Origin: a virus
Strand: one strand, 5' to 3'
Length of the DNA: 64,000 bases
Virus record (IMG/VR): IMGVR_UViG_3300042882_000899
Coordinates: 50,961 to 114,960 of that record
Position 1 is the first letter of the stretch; each line of letters begins with the position of its first letter. Under the pieces are notes generated by a model. The model searched no databases. It saw only the letters and a program-made list of their open reading frames with translations, and had not been told where the DNA came from. This document shows positions 23,769-34,136 of this stretch, in pieces. The position numbers were made by a program, and so were the translations under genes.

Positions 23769-25532
23769 ATGTCATATTACCTTTCTGCCATTAAAGACTT
23801 CCCAATAGGACTATGGAAGTTAGATGAATCATCTGGCTCAGTAGCCTATGATATTTCTGGGTGCGGAAATAATGGATTGTACGTCGGTCAAATATCTAAA
23901 TCTGGCATGCCAATTGTATCTGGTGGCACACACTCTAATAAAATAGATAGTTTAAATTATGTGCAATTCAACCTGTCAAAAGATTTTTCTGGAACTATTG
24001 GCACAGGAGGATTTGCAACAGATTCAACATACGATAATGACTTTACATTAGAAGCATGGATACACCCCAAAACATTAACTGCACTAACTCCAATACTGGC
24101 AGACTCTAGTGGCATAGGATTATATTGGGATAAAGGAAATGCTGTATTTAAATTAGAAAATGAACGAATTGATTATTCAGTAATAAACCCAAACAGAGTT
24201 ATTCACCTTGTTGGAATATATTCAGTTAACTCAATGAGCTTATATGTTGATGGCGCTTTGGTAGCATCCAAACCTGTATCTATTAAGTTTACAAATACTA
24301 GCGTAACATTATCTTCTGGGCCATGTGCATCTGGAGAGCATTTTATAATTGATTGTCCAGCCGTATACAGATATTCGTTGTCGGAAAGATCAATCCTTTC
24401 GCATTATAATAATTTATTTCTTAATAATGACGAGCAAGTTTCTGTTCCAGAGTTAGGAGAATTATTTAGGGCGGGAGAAAGATATCAAAGCGTAGAAACA
24501 AAATATGTATACCCAGCTCAAGTTTCGTGGGACACTCTTATATATGACAATGAAAATCTTTCTTACAACAAAAATAATAATAGTGTTTATTTAAATTCAG
24601 GATTTACATCTGGTGAATTTATTGAGGATATGGTTCTAAATGTTACTAAAGACTACATGTCGTCAAAAATTGATTGGGTTTCTTCTAATGGCGTATCAAT
24701 ATATGTTTCTGAATCTTCAGAAAATGGACCATGGGTTTTGTGTACAAATGGATCTTCTATCCCAGGATTTACGCAAGGATCTGCTTTTTCTAATTCAAAA
24801 GTTTTATATTTTAAAGTTCTATTTCAGTCCACAAATTCAGATGTATATATCCCAGAACTATACTCATTAAAAATTTATTTCTATTCTGAAAAAAAGATGT
24901 TTGCACATAATGGTGGTGGCTTTCTTGCAACATCACAACCTGCAACAGGATCTATATGGGACATTGACATAGCAAATGAACCTTATCAGGTCAGGCTAAG
25001 AAGTAGCACAAACGGAATAAGACCAAAATCCTCAGCTTTCTTTGTTAACTCTTTAAATGAAAATCGTAATATCGAAATGATATTTACTCCAAAATCTCTA
25101 TCCAGTGGTCACCTAATGTTTAATAAAACGGGATCAGTTGAGACGGCATTATCTTGGGCGGCAGGCGGAGCAATAGCAAAATCTAACATTAGCAATATAT
25201 ATATTAATGGCCAAGATGCCTCATCCGCTACCAACATATCATCATATTTATATATAGATGAGCCTAACTATATATTAATAAAAACCTCTAGTGCTATTAG
25301 TGGAGAAATTTGGTTTAATGGCAAGCAGCTTCTAGGAGTAAGATCAGGCGTATTGGATGATAATTTATACCAAAACTTAGCCTTGTACACAAATCCATCA
25401 ATTAGTCACCAGGAGCATTATGACTTATATATTGGCAAACCTGCTTCTATTGCTGAAGGATCGTCGATGGCAATGACAGAAGAGTCCGTATCCACATATT
25501 CTAGAGACAGAGTAGTGCTTCAAATCATATAG
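23769..25532 (+). CDS. LamG / concanavalin A-like domain virion protein
   Basis: WKLDESSGSVAYDISG, FTLEAWI, HLVGIY...LYVDG; ATG 6 nt after TGATATAAT. Confidence 0.75.
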   Translation: MSYYLSAIKDFPIGLWKLDESSGSVAYDISGCGNNGLYVGQISKSGMPIVSGGTHSNKIDSLNYVQFNLSKDFSGTIGTGGFATDSTYDNDFTLEAWIHPKTLTALTPILADSSGIGLYWDKGNAVFKLENERIDYSVINPNRVIHLVGIYSVNSMSLYVDGALVASKPVSIKFTNTSVTLSSGPCASGEHFIIDCPAVYRYSLSERSILSHYNNLFLNNDEQVSVPELGELFRAGERYQSVETKYVYPAQVSWDTLIYDNENLSYNKNNNSVYLNSGFTSGEFIEDMVLNVTKDYMSSKIDWVSSNGVSIYVSESSENGPWVLCTNGSSIPGFTQGSAFSNSKVLYFKVLFQSTNSDVYIPELYSLKIYFYSEKKMFAHNGGGFLATSQPATGSIWDIDIANEPYQVRLRSSTNGIRPKSSAFFVNSLNENRNIEMIFTPKSLSSGHLMFNKTGSVETALSWAAGGAIAKSNISNIYINGQDASSATNISSYLYIDEPNYILIKTSSAISGEIWFNGKQLLGVRSGVLDDNLYQNLALYTNPSISHQEHYDLYIGKPASIAEGSSMAMTEESVSTYSRDRVVLQII

Positions 25533-25595
25533 TTTTGTCAGACTGAGTGACAAAAAGCTGGACTTGTAGACACAAAGATGGTAAAATAATTAACT

Positions 25596-25940
25596 ATGGA
25601 CATAAAAAGAATTAATGCTCAAATGAAATCTGGCGATACCAGGTTAGGAGTCTATGTCTGGGAGATGCCAGATGGAAGATGGGTCGGAGACGAAGACAAC
25701 AACTTCCTATCAATAGCATCAATGATTGGTAATAAAGAAAGAATTGCTCTGTTAGCATCAGCAGTTGCTCACTATGGAATTGATGTCGGCCAGCCTAAGT
25801 TTATTGAAGGAAGCAGGCAGATTGACGATGAAGAATTTGAATATCAAAAGCAAAGACTTAGATGGGGACTCACTCCAGATCCTTTGGATATAAGTGTTCA
25901 CAAAGAAGAAATGGCTAAACTGAATGGTGGTAAAAAATGA
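25596..25940 (+). CDS. Hypothetical protein upstream of portal
   Basis: ORF track; ATGA-coupled to the portal gene. Confidence 0.75.
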   Translation: MDIKRINAQMKSGDTRLGVYVWEMPDGRWVGDEDNNFLSIASMIGNKERIALLASAVAHYGIDVGQPKFIEGSRQIDDEEFEYQKQRLRWGLTPDPLDISVHKEEMAKLNGGKK

Positions 25941-27517
25941 TTGAGTACGATGAAGACACTGTTATGAATAACATAGAGGTTTCTAACGTGGCAGACTGGA
26001 TGAGATTTAACAATCCAACTACTCAGAAATCAGATGACGCATTTGATGTAGAGGGCGAAGACATTTTAAAGCTTTCTGGTCTAGGTGCCTCATTTAGAAG
26101 AAAAGTTTCCAGAGATCTTCAGAAATCTTTTGTAGGAAAAGATGGAGCAGTAAGCCAGCAGCTTCAGCATCAGCAAGCAGTTAGTGGCTATGCCACATTT
26201 GATCTAATTCAACCAGAATATAATTTAGATTATTTATCAACAATTTACGAAATTTCTCCATACAACTATGCTGCTATAAATGCAAAGGTGGCAAACATTG
26301 TTGGCCTAGGATTTGATTTTGTTGAATCAAGAAAAACGACTGATGCACTTGATGAAATTAGTGATGAGAAGCAATTAGAAAGAGCCCGAAAGAAGTTAAA
26401 TAGAATTAAACAAGATTTAAACAAGTGGCTTGAAGATTGCAATGAAGACGAAACTTTTAAAGAAACACTTATAAAGTTCTACACTGATATAGAGGCTACT
26501 GGTAATGGCTACCTAGAGGTCGGTAGAACGACAACTGGCAAGATAGGATACATCGGACACATCCCTTCAAAGACAATGCGTGTAAGGCGCCTTAGAGACG
26601 GTTTTATCCAGCTTCTTTATGGCAAGGCTGTTTTCTTTAGAAACTTCGGGGACACAGAAACAGTAAACCCTATAGCAGGTCAAGAAGATAGGCCTAATGA
26701 AATTATTCATTTAAAAAAGTACACGCCAAAGAATAATTATTATGGAATTCCAGATATTATTGCTGCCCAGAATGCTATGGCTGGTAACGAGTTTGCTGGC
26801 AAGTACAACCTGGACTACTTTGAAAACAAGGCAGTGCCTAGATACATTATTACGGTAAAGGGAGCAAAACTTTCTCCAGAATCTGAAAGAAAGCTGCTTG
26901 AGTTTTTCCAGGTGGGACTAAAGGGAAAAAACCACAGATCTCTGTATATACCACTTCCACCAGACTCACCAGACTCAAAGACTGAGTTTAAGATGGAGCC
27001 AATTGAGGCTGGCTCACAAGAGTCTTCATTTAACATTTATCGTCAATCAAATAGAGACGAAATTCTAATGGCACATAGAGTTCCAATTAATAAAATTGGC
27101 ACACCAGCAGGCATTAATTTGGCTGCAGCCAGAGACGCAGATAAGACATTTAAAGAGCAGGTATGTCGTCCAGCTCAGGAAAACCTAGAAAAGAAATTAA
27201 ATAAAATAATTCAAGAAATGACTGATGCCATGGAGCTTAAGTTTAATGAATTAAGCTTGACAGATGCAGACACTCAGTCTAAGATAGATGAAAGATATCT
27301 TAGATTCCAGGTAATTACTCCAAATGAAATTAGAGTAAGAATGGGAATGGTTCCACGAGAAGGTGGGGATGTCCCAGTAGACCTTGCAGCACAGGCAGCC
27401 GAAATTAAGGCTCAGGCTACTCAAAGTAGAACCCGTGACCAAGAAAGATCAGCAAATTCCCCAGATAAATCTGGGGAGGGCAGAAATGCAAAGGGAGATG
27501 GAAGACAAGTCAACTAG
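25937..27517 (+). CDS. Portal protein
   Basis: GNGYLEV, NEIIHLK...YYGIP, YFENKAVP, AHRVP, ITPNEIR motifs of HK97/PBSX-like portals. Confidence 0.92.
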   Translation: MIEYDEDTVMNNIEVSNVADWMRFNNPTTQKSDDAFDVEGEDILKLSGLGASFRRKVSRDLQKSFVGKDGAVSQQLQHQQAVSGYATFDLIQPEYNLDYLSTIYEISPYNYAAINAKVANIVGLGFDFVESRKTTDALDEISDEKQLERARKKLNRIKQDLNKWLEDCNEDETFKETLIKFYTDIEATGNGYLEVGRTTTGKIGYIGHIPSKTMRVRRLRDGFIQLLYGKAVFFRNFGDTETVNPIAGQEDRPNEIIHLKKYTPKNNYYGIPDIIAAQNAMAGNEFAGKYNLDYFENKAVPRYIITVKGAKLSPESERKLLEFFQVGLKGKNHRSLYIPLPPDSPDSKTEFKMEPIEAGSQESSFNIYRQSNRDEILMAHRVPINKIGTPAGINLAAARDADKTFKEQVCRPAQENLEKKLNKIIQEMTDAMELKFNELSLTDADTQSKIDERYLRFQVITPNEIRVRMGMVPREGGDVPVDLAAQAAEIKAQATQSRTRDQERSANSPDKSGEGRNAKGDGRQVN

Positions 27518-27535
27518 TCCTACTCAACTAGTTAT

Positions 27536-27564
27536 TTGCCTTTTGATACAATAATCTCTATAAT
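27536..27564 (+). promoter_or_regulatory. Promoter for the head genes
   Basis: TTGCCT-N17-TATAAT; same TTTGCCTTTT context as at 33165. Confidence 0.7.
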
Positions 27565-27573
27565 ATATAACAT

Positions 27574-28893
27574 ATGATCATAGAAAAGTCACATTGGTCC
27601 TCTAATGGAAATGCTATTAATTTATCAGTTCCATTTACAAAGGTCAATAGAGAAAAAAGAACAGTCTCAGGATTCGCTACACTAGATAACCTGGATCAGA
27701 CTGGTGACGTCGTTACGCAAGAAGCTTCAATGAAAGCATTCGAAAGCTTCAGAGGAAATCTAAGAGAGATGCATCAGCCACTTGCAGTTGGCAAGGTTGC
27801 ATCATTCCGTCCAGAAACTTTTTACGATCCAACAACAAAAGAATTTTACAACGGAGTTTACGTTGATGCATACATTTCAAAGGGCGCACAGGATACCTGG
27901 GAGAAAGTTCTAGATGGAACTCTAACTGGATTTTCAATCGGCGGAAAGATTCTTGAATCAGATAACGAAGTAAACAAATCAACTGGAGCATCTGTAAGAT
28001 TTATTAAAGACTATGCACTAGTAGAACTATCAATCGTTGATTCACCAGCAAATGAACTATGTAACATTTTATCTATTGAAAAAGTAAACGGACAAATGAT
28101 TTTTAAAGGCATCGCAGCAGATGTCAAAATGGAAAATATTTTTTATTGTGCAGATAGCGATTCTGTTTTTATGTCAACAGAATCAGAATACTTGTCTCCA
28201 GTTACTGGAAAGAAAACAGAACTTATTGGATGGGTTGAATCTAACGACGTAAACAAAGCAAAAGAAATAGAGAAGATTCTTGATTCACGTAGATCAAGAT
28301 TGCAAACATTGCCTGACAACACAAATATAAATATGGCAATTGCAGAAGGAGGAAATGAAGTGGAAAAGCTTAATGTAACAGAAGCAACTCCAGTAGTAGA
28401 AGAAGCAGTAGCTCCAGAAGCACCTGCAGAAATTATTGAAGAAGTTGCCCCAGTAGAACAAGAGTCTGCTGAAGTTGTAGCTGAAGAAACTTCTGCCGAA
28501 GTTCTGGAAAAATCAGCAGAACTAACAACTCAGGAATCACCTGACTTTGTTAAAATGCTAGGCGACCTTAAGGGTTTCTTCTCAGAGACTTTGGAAAAGG
28601 CCTCTGAGGCAAACGCTGCTCAGGTTTCAACAATCAAGGAGACAGTCGAAGCTTTTAGCAAGAATGTCGATTTGAGAATTTCAGAATTAGCAGAAAAGCA
28701 CACAGAACTCTCAACAGCAGTTGATTCAATCAAGTCCATAATGGACACAGTTGAAAAAAGAGTAGACGCAGTAGAATCAGACACTGCAATCAAGAAGTCC
28801 TCTGACCTTGGCGGGTCAGCGGGAGTAACAACAATCAAAAAATCAAAATGGAACGGCACTTTCCTCGGTTCCGTTAGCGAATTAACAAAATAA
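27574..28893 (+). CDS. Prohead protease with C-terminal scaffold region
   Basis: VSGFATLDNLDQTGD, REMH, GFSIGG, ELSIVDSPAN (HK97 protease); acidic coiled-coil C-terminal third. Confidence 0.88.
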   Translation: MIIEKSHWSSNGNAINLSVPFTKVNREKRTVSGFATLDNLDQTGDVVTQEASMKAFESFRGNLREMHQPLAVGKVASFRPETFYDPTTKEFYNGVYVDAYISKGAQDTWEKVLDGTLTGFSIGGKILESDNEVNKSTGASVRFIKDYALVELSIVDSPANELCNILSIEKVNGQMIFKGIAADVKMENIFYCADSDSVFMSTESEYLSPVTGKKTELIGWVESNDVNKAKEIEKILDSRRSRLQTLPDNTNINMAIAEGGNEVEKLNVTEATPVVEEAVAPEAPAEIIEEVAPVEQESAEVVAEETSAEVLEKSAELTTQESPDFVKMLGDLKGFFSETLEKASEANAAQVSTIKETVEAFSKNVDLRISELAEKHTELSTAVDSIKSIMDTVEKRVDAVESDTAIKKSSDLGGSAGVTTIKKSKWNGTFLGSVSELTK

Positions 28894-28911
28894 GGGTATG
28901 GTGAAAAACTA

Positions 28912-29961
28912 ATGAGTAATGAACTATTAGCAAAAGCAGCTGAAGCAGGCACAACACTAACAGGTGGAATGACTGGCGCAGCAAACCCTACCGACGGAAT
29001 TCACGTAGGTTCCGAGGGTAAGGGAGGCTTGCTCAATCCTGAGCAATCCGCAAGATTCCTTGATTACATGTTCGATGCAACAGTAATCGGTAAAGTAGCA
29101 CGTACAGTTCGAATGAGAGCTGACACTACAGAGATTGATCGTATTGGCGTTGGCGAGAAGCTTATGAAGCTTGCAGCTGAAGCAGAGAACACTGGCTCAA
29201 ATGCAGCCGTACAGTTCTCAAAGATTTCTCTCACAACAAAGAAGCTTCGTCTAGATTGGGAGCTTTCAACTGAGTCTCTAGAAGACAACATTGAAGGTGC
29301 AGATCTAGAAGATCACATTGCAAGACTTATGGCGACACAAGCTGGTAACGACCTTGAGGACGTAGTTCTTAACGGTAACACAGCTCTAACTGGAGATGCA
29401 CTTTATAAGTCATTCGACGGTGTTGTTAAGATTGCAAAGGCAAACGGCCACGTAGTAGCTGGAGCGGGCGCAGTAATTTCCCGTGAAATCTTCAACAAGG
29501 CTCTTAAGGCAATGCCACGTAAGTACAAGCAGCGTCGTCCAGACCTACGCTTCCTTGCAGGCTCAAACCTAATTCAAGACTACTTGTACTCAACATCACA
29601 GAACATCCAGAACGTCAACCCACAAGATATTGCTTCAAGCATTATCCGTGGTGACCAGGGTGGTCTAGGTGGTCCAGCAGGGTATGTAGCTCCATTCGCA
29701 TTTGGTATTCCAATTGTTGAAGTTCCGCTACTAAAAGAAACTCAGACTGGTTCATATGCAACACCAACAGGAGATCATGGAGACGTTCACTTGACATTCC
29801 CTAATAACGTAGTTATTGGTATCAAGCGTGACGTAACTGTTTACCGATTCTTCTGGCCAAAGAAGGACTCAATCGAATATACAATGTATACTCGTGTTGG
29901 AACCCAAATTGAGCAGGCAGATGCATGGGTAGTCGTTAAAGACGTTAAGGTTGCTTCTTAA
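28912..29961 (+). CDS. Major capsid protein (HK97 fold)
   Basis: GGLLNPEQSARFLD, ESLEDNIEG, NGNT...FDG; position after protease; strongly biased codon usage; followed by a terminator. Confidence 0.92.
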   Translation: MSNELLAKAAEAGTTLTGGMTGAANPTDGIHVGSEGKGGLLNPEQSARFLDYMFDATVIGKVARTVRMRADTTEIDRIGVGEKLMKLAAEAENTGSNAAVQFSKISLTTKKLRLDWELSTESLEDNIEGADLEDHIARLMATQAGNDLEDVVLNGNTALTGDALYKSFDGVVKIAKANGHVVAGAGAVISREIFNKALKAMPRKYKQRRPDLRFLAGSNLIQDYLYSTSQNIQNVNPQDIASSIIRGDQGGLGGPAGYVAPFAFGIPIVEVPLLKETQTGSYATPTGDHGDVHLTFPNNVVIGIKRDVTVYRFFWPKKDSIEYTMYTRVGTQIEQADAWVVVKDVKVAS

Positions 29962-29983
29962 TTAAATAAGAAATAACTTGCTG

Positions 29984-30020
29984 GAAAGGCCCCCAATTAA
30001 TTTTGGGGGCTTTTCATTTT
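29984..30020 (+). terminator. Intrinsic terminator after MCP
   Basis: GCCCCCAA...TTGGGGGC stem followed by TTTTCATTTT. Confidence 0.85.
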
Positions 30021-30064
30021 AATTTTCTAGTGCTATAATTTATATACATACCAAAGGAGTATAT

Positions 30065-30463
30065 ATGTCATTTGACACACTTAAGGTCAAGGATCTAAAG
30101 ACATTAGCAGCAAACTTTGCAGTTGATGTCGATGGACTAAAAAATAAAGCAGATGTAATTGCAGCACTTGCAGAAGAAGGGGTTACTTGGTCAGTTTATC
30201 AAGGAACACTAAAAAATATTGAAAGTGCAAAAGAAGATGCAGATGAGATTCTTCCTAGACTGGATCCAAATCAAAAACTTGATGAAGATATGATTCTAGT
30301 AAAGATGGATAGACCAAATGCTAGATACGATGCCCTAGGCTTCACATTTACAAGAGATCATCCATTTGTAGCAATGAAGCCCGATGTGGCTCAAGAAATT
30401 TTTGATAAGGAGGAAGGGTTTAGATTAGCTACCCCTAGAGAAGTACAGGAGTACTATAACTAA
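30065..30463 (+). CDS. Hypothetical head-associated protein
   Basis: LKVKDLKTLA...KADVIAAL (Rho-N/HeH-like) N-terminus; own TGCTATAAT promoter and AGGAG SD. Confidence 0.65.
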   Translation: MSFDTLKVKDLKTLAANFAVDVDGLKNKADVIAALAEEGVTWSVYQGTLKNIESAKEDADEILPRLDPNQKLDEDMILVKMDRPNARYDALGFTFTRDHPFVAMKPDVAQEIFDKEEGFRLATPREVQEYYN

Positions 30464-30472
30464 GCCTAACAA

Positions 30473-31456
30473 ATGGCAGAGATATATGTAAACACAAGCA
30501 CACCCGCAACAACAAAGATTTACGTGAAGGGTGAAGCTGTAACACCTAGCTCTCCAGTAACTGTCAAAGTTTATGACATAACTGGTGACCCAGTCATATC
30601 TCCACCAATTAATCCAGCATCAATACTTACAACTCTTACGGCGGAACAAAGCGAAGTCGATACAGGCTCTTACGTAGTTTATTTACCACTATCCTACACA
30701 GCAAGAACAAGAAAGTTTAAGCTAGTATGGGAATGGCAATATGAAAGTGTTGCATATTCTAACACTACAATGCTTGATATCGTAACTCCTTATGTGGATA
30801 TGCAAGAGGCTGCACAAGAAATGGGATTAGGTTCAGATTCAAATGATCCAAACCATAAAACATATCAAGAACTTAAGCTTGCTGAAAGATATGCAAGAAA
30901 TATAATTGATGGTTATACTGGTCAAAAGTTTTTCCTACATGATGATTATTTTTCTTCAGTAGGAAATGATTCTGACACTATGCCTCTTACTAAAAAAGTA
31001 AATAGACTTCACACCCTTCACGCAAATGATCAGCTACTTGTTGATAATTTAAATGAAGTCAATAACCTTGGGCTTACCATAGATATCACTACAAGCGGTT
31101 TTGGGCTAAAGGTAAACATAGCATCTATTTTAGATAACGATGTTTATATAGCTAACGGAATGGTGCCTCCGTCAATTCACGACTCTTCTCCAGATATATT
31201 TAGAAGGTCTAAGAATTATAAGGTCTACGCCAGATTTGGTTGGGAGTATGTTCCAAATGAGGTTCGTGATGCAGCTGTAGAAATAATGAAGATGTACTTT
31301 GCAAAGGATCGTGTTTGGAAAGACAGGTACGTTAAAAAGGTTTCCACAACAGATTGGGACTTTGAGTATTCTTCAGAAGCATTTAGCGGAACTGGCTCTT
31401 CATACGCAGACAAGCTACTTGCAGACTATGTAATAACACAAATGGTTCTGGTGTAA
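30473..31456 (+). CDS. Head-tail adaptor / connector protein
   Basis: ARNIIDGYTGQKF and FGWEYVPNEVRDAA motifs; synteny. Confidence 0.7.
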   Translation: MAEIYVNTSTPATTKIYVKGEAVTPSSPVTVKVYDITGDPVISPPINPASILTTLTAEQSEVDTGSYVVYLPLSYTARTRKFKLVWEWQYESVAYSNTTMLDIVTPYVDMQEAAQEMGLGSDSNDPNHKTYQELKLAERYARNIIDGYTGQKFFLHDDYFSSVGNDSDTMPLTKKVNRLHTLHANDQLLVDNLNEVNNLGLTIDITTSGFGLKVNIASILDNDVYIANGMVPPSIHDSSPDIFRRSKNYKVYARFGWEYVPNEVRDAAVEIMKMYFAKDRVWKDRYVKKVSTTDWDFEYSSEAFSGTGSSYADKLLADYVITQMVLV

Positions 31457-31881
31457 TGTTTGATTTAGTAGATGGCCTTATGACCATGAAGATGGATGTG
31501 TATAGACAAACTGAGCAGCAGGATAAAGATACTGGGGCAATGATAAGAGAGTTTTCTTTTATAAAAACAATTGATTGCTATGCTAGAGGAGTAATTACCG
31601 AAAGCAGAAACAGGTCTAATGATAGCCAGAAGTTTTCAAATAAATATTCAAACAACCAATACATAGAGGCTAGAACATCTGACAGATTAACTGCAAGAGA
31701 TAAGGTTAAGAATATCCGAGATGTAAATGGAAAGCCTATCTGGTATGAGCTAAACTATCCAAGCGATACAGATACAGTTTTTGATGTCGTAGGAACCACA
31801 CCAATCTCAGACCCATTTGGAAATGTTGTAGGTTACAACTCTTCATTACAAAGAGCGGAGAATCAACAAATTGGCATCTGA
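31456..31881 (+). CDS. Head closure / stopper protein
   Basis: Size and synteny. Confidence 0.55.
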   Translation: MFDLVDGLMTMKMDVYRQTEQQDKDTGAMIREFSFIKTIDCYARGVITESRNRSNDSQKFSNKYSNNQYIEARTSDRLTARDKVKNIRDVNGKPIWYELNYPSDTDTVFDVVGTTPISDPFGNVVGYNSSLQRAENQQIGI

Positions 31882-32662
31882 AGTTTTAGCAATTAAAGCA
31901 GCAAGCGGATTAGTTAACCTTATGGCTAATAAGCCAGTAAGTGGTGCAATAAGAGATAGTACAGTTGCACAAATATCTGCTGCATTGTTTTATAAAACAA
32001 ATGTCATGGCCAAGCTTGCAGAAAATCCTCAATTTCAATCGGCATTTAGAAATGTAATCTTTGATCAACTTCAAGTTGATTTTGGAGACTATGTAGATGC
32101 TAAGGCAAGAACAGCACCTAAATCTTTTCACCATGTTTATGAGTGGGGTAGAATAGGCGACGATCAGGCAAGATTATTTAAACTAAAGCAGCTCCCAGCC
32201 GATGGACTTTCTCTAAAAGTTAATTATGAACTAACGGACTCCAAATCTTTTGTTCCTTCTGAAAACTCTAACAATAAACATGTGTTTGTCAAGAAAGCTT
32301 CGATTATGGAAGAAGGCAAGACAGTAGTTATTGCCCCAAGGTTTTCTGAAAGACTCGTATTTGATATTGATGGATACACAATATTTATGCCAAAGGGAGA
32401 ATCTGTTACTGTTAAAAAGCCAGGCGGAGCTGCAACTAAAAATGCATTCTTTGCACAATACAGATACTTCTTTACTGGGCAGCTAGTTAATATGTCTATA
32501 AAAAAATCGGGATTCCAAAGACTATTTAATTCATCATTGTCTAGAGCATTAGGTGTACCAGCACAAGTTAAATCAGTTAAATATAGCTTCTCTCCAAATC
32601 AATTGGCAAATGAAGCAGAAATTGCAACATCAGCAGCATTTGCGAGGTTAGTAAATGGCTAA
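31871..32662 (+). CDS. Neck / tail completion protein
   Basis: Synteny; HHVYEW motif; TTG start. Confidence 0.5.
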   Translation: MASEVLAIKAASGLVNLMANKPVSGAIRDSTVAQISAALFYKTNVMAKLAENPQFQSAFRNVIFDQLQVDFGDYVDAKARTAPKSFHHVYEWGRIGDDQARLFKLKQLPADGLSLKVNYELTDSKSFVPSENSNNKHVFVKKASIMEEGKTVVIAPRFSERLVFDIDGYTIFMPKGESVTVKKPGGAATKNAFFAQYRYFFTGQLVNMSIKKSGFQRLFNSSLSRALGVPAQVKSVKYSFSPNQLANEAEIATSAAFARLVNG

Positions 32663-33164
32663 TTATAAACTAGATGCAATGTTTGAAATAAGAAAGTTCT
32701 TATGGAATAGACTTACATGGCTTGGCATATTTAATGAAGAAGATTATTATTCAGACAATCTAAATGAGACACTTGTACCGATTGTCCCAGTACAGCAACA
32801 GCCAGAAATGAATCAGTTCCTTAGCGGAAAGAAGCATATAGTCTATGACAAGGTTGGAATGTCATATGAGAACAACTGGATGATATGCTGCGAGCAGATC
32901 CTTCTTACCCTATATTCACCAGACTTGCTAGATATTGTTGAGATACGAAACTTCCTTACAGACGAATTTAGAAGAATGGATGAGTCTGCCAGAGATGTGA
33001 ATAAATGGGCGGGGCTATCAGATAAATTCAAGTTCCATAGTATCCATATAGCAGATATATCATCTACAGCCCCATCAGAAGAAATACAGGGCTTCTATGC
33101 AGCAGATGTAATATTAGAAGTAAAGTATTCAAGAATAACAGATGGACAAGGCAGATTTTCCTAA
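32655..33164 (+). CDS. Tail terminator-like protein
   Basis: Size and position immediately before the tail tube gene. Confidence 0.5.
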   Translation: MANYKLDAMFEIRKFLWNRLTWLGIFNEEDYYSDNLNETLVPIVPVQQQPEMNQFLSGKKHIVYDKVGMSYENNWMICCEQILLTLYSPDLLDIVEIRNFLTDEFRRMDESARDVNKWAGLSDKFKFHSIHIADISSTAPSEEIQGFYAADVILEVKYSRITDGQGRFS

Positions 33165-33165
33165 T

Positions 33166-33194
33166 TTGCCTTTTATACCCTAGTAGAGTAAAAT
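33166..33194 (+). promoter_or_regulatory. Promoter for the major tail protein
   Basis: TTGCCT-N17-TAAAAT. Confidence 0.7.
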
Positions 33195-33267
33195 TAGACT
33201 AGAGGAAAGGGCCTAGCCAGCCACATATATATATATCAATTTCATGAAATCAGGAGGCAATACAATT

Positions 33268-34029
33268 ATGGCATATCAAAATACAGGAGACGCCCGCAAC
33301 ATTCTTGTTGGAGCATCACCACTATTTTTGTCAGTAGAAGATTCAACAGTTTCTGGTTATGATTCAAGCATGGATGCAGGCGAAGCAAACGCTTTTGTTG
33401 CATCAAAGAATCGTTTCGTACCAGCATTCTCATCGGGAGAGTCTTACACTACAACACTAAACAAGGTTCTAACAACAACAGGTGCTACACAGACAGCAAC
33501 GCCTACAGAAAGCACACCAGCAATTGGTGGAGCTTACCGTAACGTTGGTTACACAAATAACGGTCTTCAGATCAGCTACCAGCCAACATTTGACTCGGTA
33601 ACTGTAGATCAGTTGCTAGATACAGCTAAGCTGTTTAAGTCTGCGATGATGGTTCAAATTTCAACAGAAATGGCAGAAGGTACTCTAGAGAACGTTCTTG
33701 CAGTATTTGGTCAAAAGGGATCAACTCTTACATCATCAGGAACTGGCGCAACAGCAGTCGACACACTAGGTTTGGAAGCAGGTGCACTTGGTGCAGCTCC
33801 AACAGAGCGTCAGCTAATTGCAGTTGGACAGGCTCCAACTTCAGAAGCATCAGCAACTGAGCGTGTATACTATGCACGTCGTGTTTTGTCTGTTGAACAG
33901 TCACAGTTCTCTTTGGCTCGTACAGCAGCAACTACATTCCCAGTAACATTCCGCTTGCTACCATCAGGTGACGCAGCGCATGCTGGTTCAGAGTACGGTA
34001 AGATTATTGACCGTGTTCTAACAGTTTAA
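33268..34029 (+). CDS. Major tail (tube) protein
   Basis: NILVGA, VGYTNNGLQISYQP, VDQLLD, FPVTFRLLP; ATG after AGGAGG; followed by a terminator. Confidence 0.85.
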   Translation: MAYQNTGDARNILVGASPLFLSVEDSTVSGYDSSMDAGEANAFVASKNRFVPAFSSGESYTTTLNKVLTTTGATQTATPTESTPAIGGAYRNVGYTNNGLQISYQPTFDSVTVDQLLDTAKLFKSAMMVQISTEMAEGTLENVLAVFGQKGSTLTSSGTGATAVDTLGLEAGALGAAPTERQLIAVGQAPTSEASATERVYYARRVLSVEQSQFSLARTAATTFPVTFRLLPSGDAAHAGSEYGKIIDRVLTV

Positions 34030-34049
34030 TTATATTAATAATTAATATC

Positions 34050-34076
34050 AAAGCCCCCAAGAAATTGGGGGCTTTG
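34050..34076 (+). terminator. Intrinsic terminator after the tail tube gene
   Basis: AAAGCCCCCAA-GAAA-TTGGGGGCTTT. Confidence 0.85.
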
Positions 34077-34136
34077 CTGTTGTACCCGTATAATGGTTAT
34101 GCTATAATAATTTAGACGATCCTTAAGGAGGATAAA

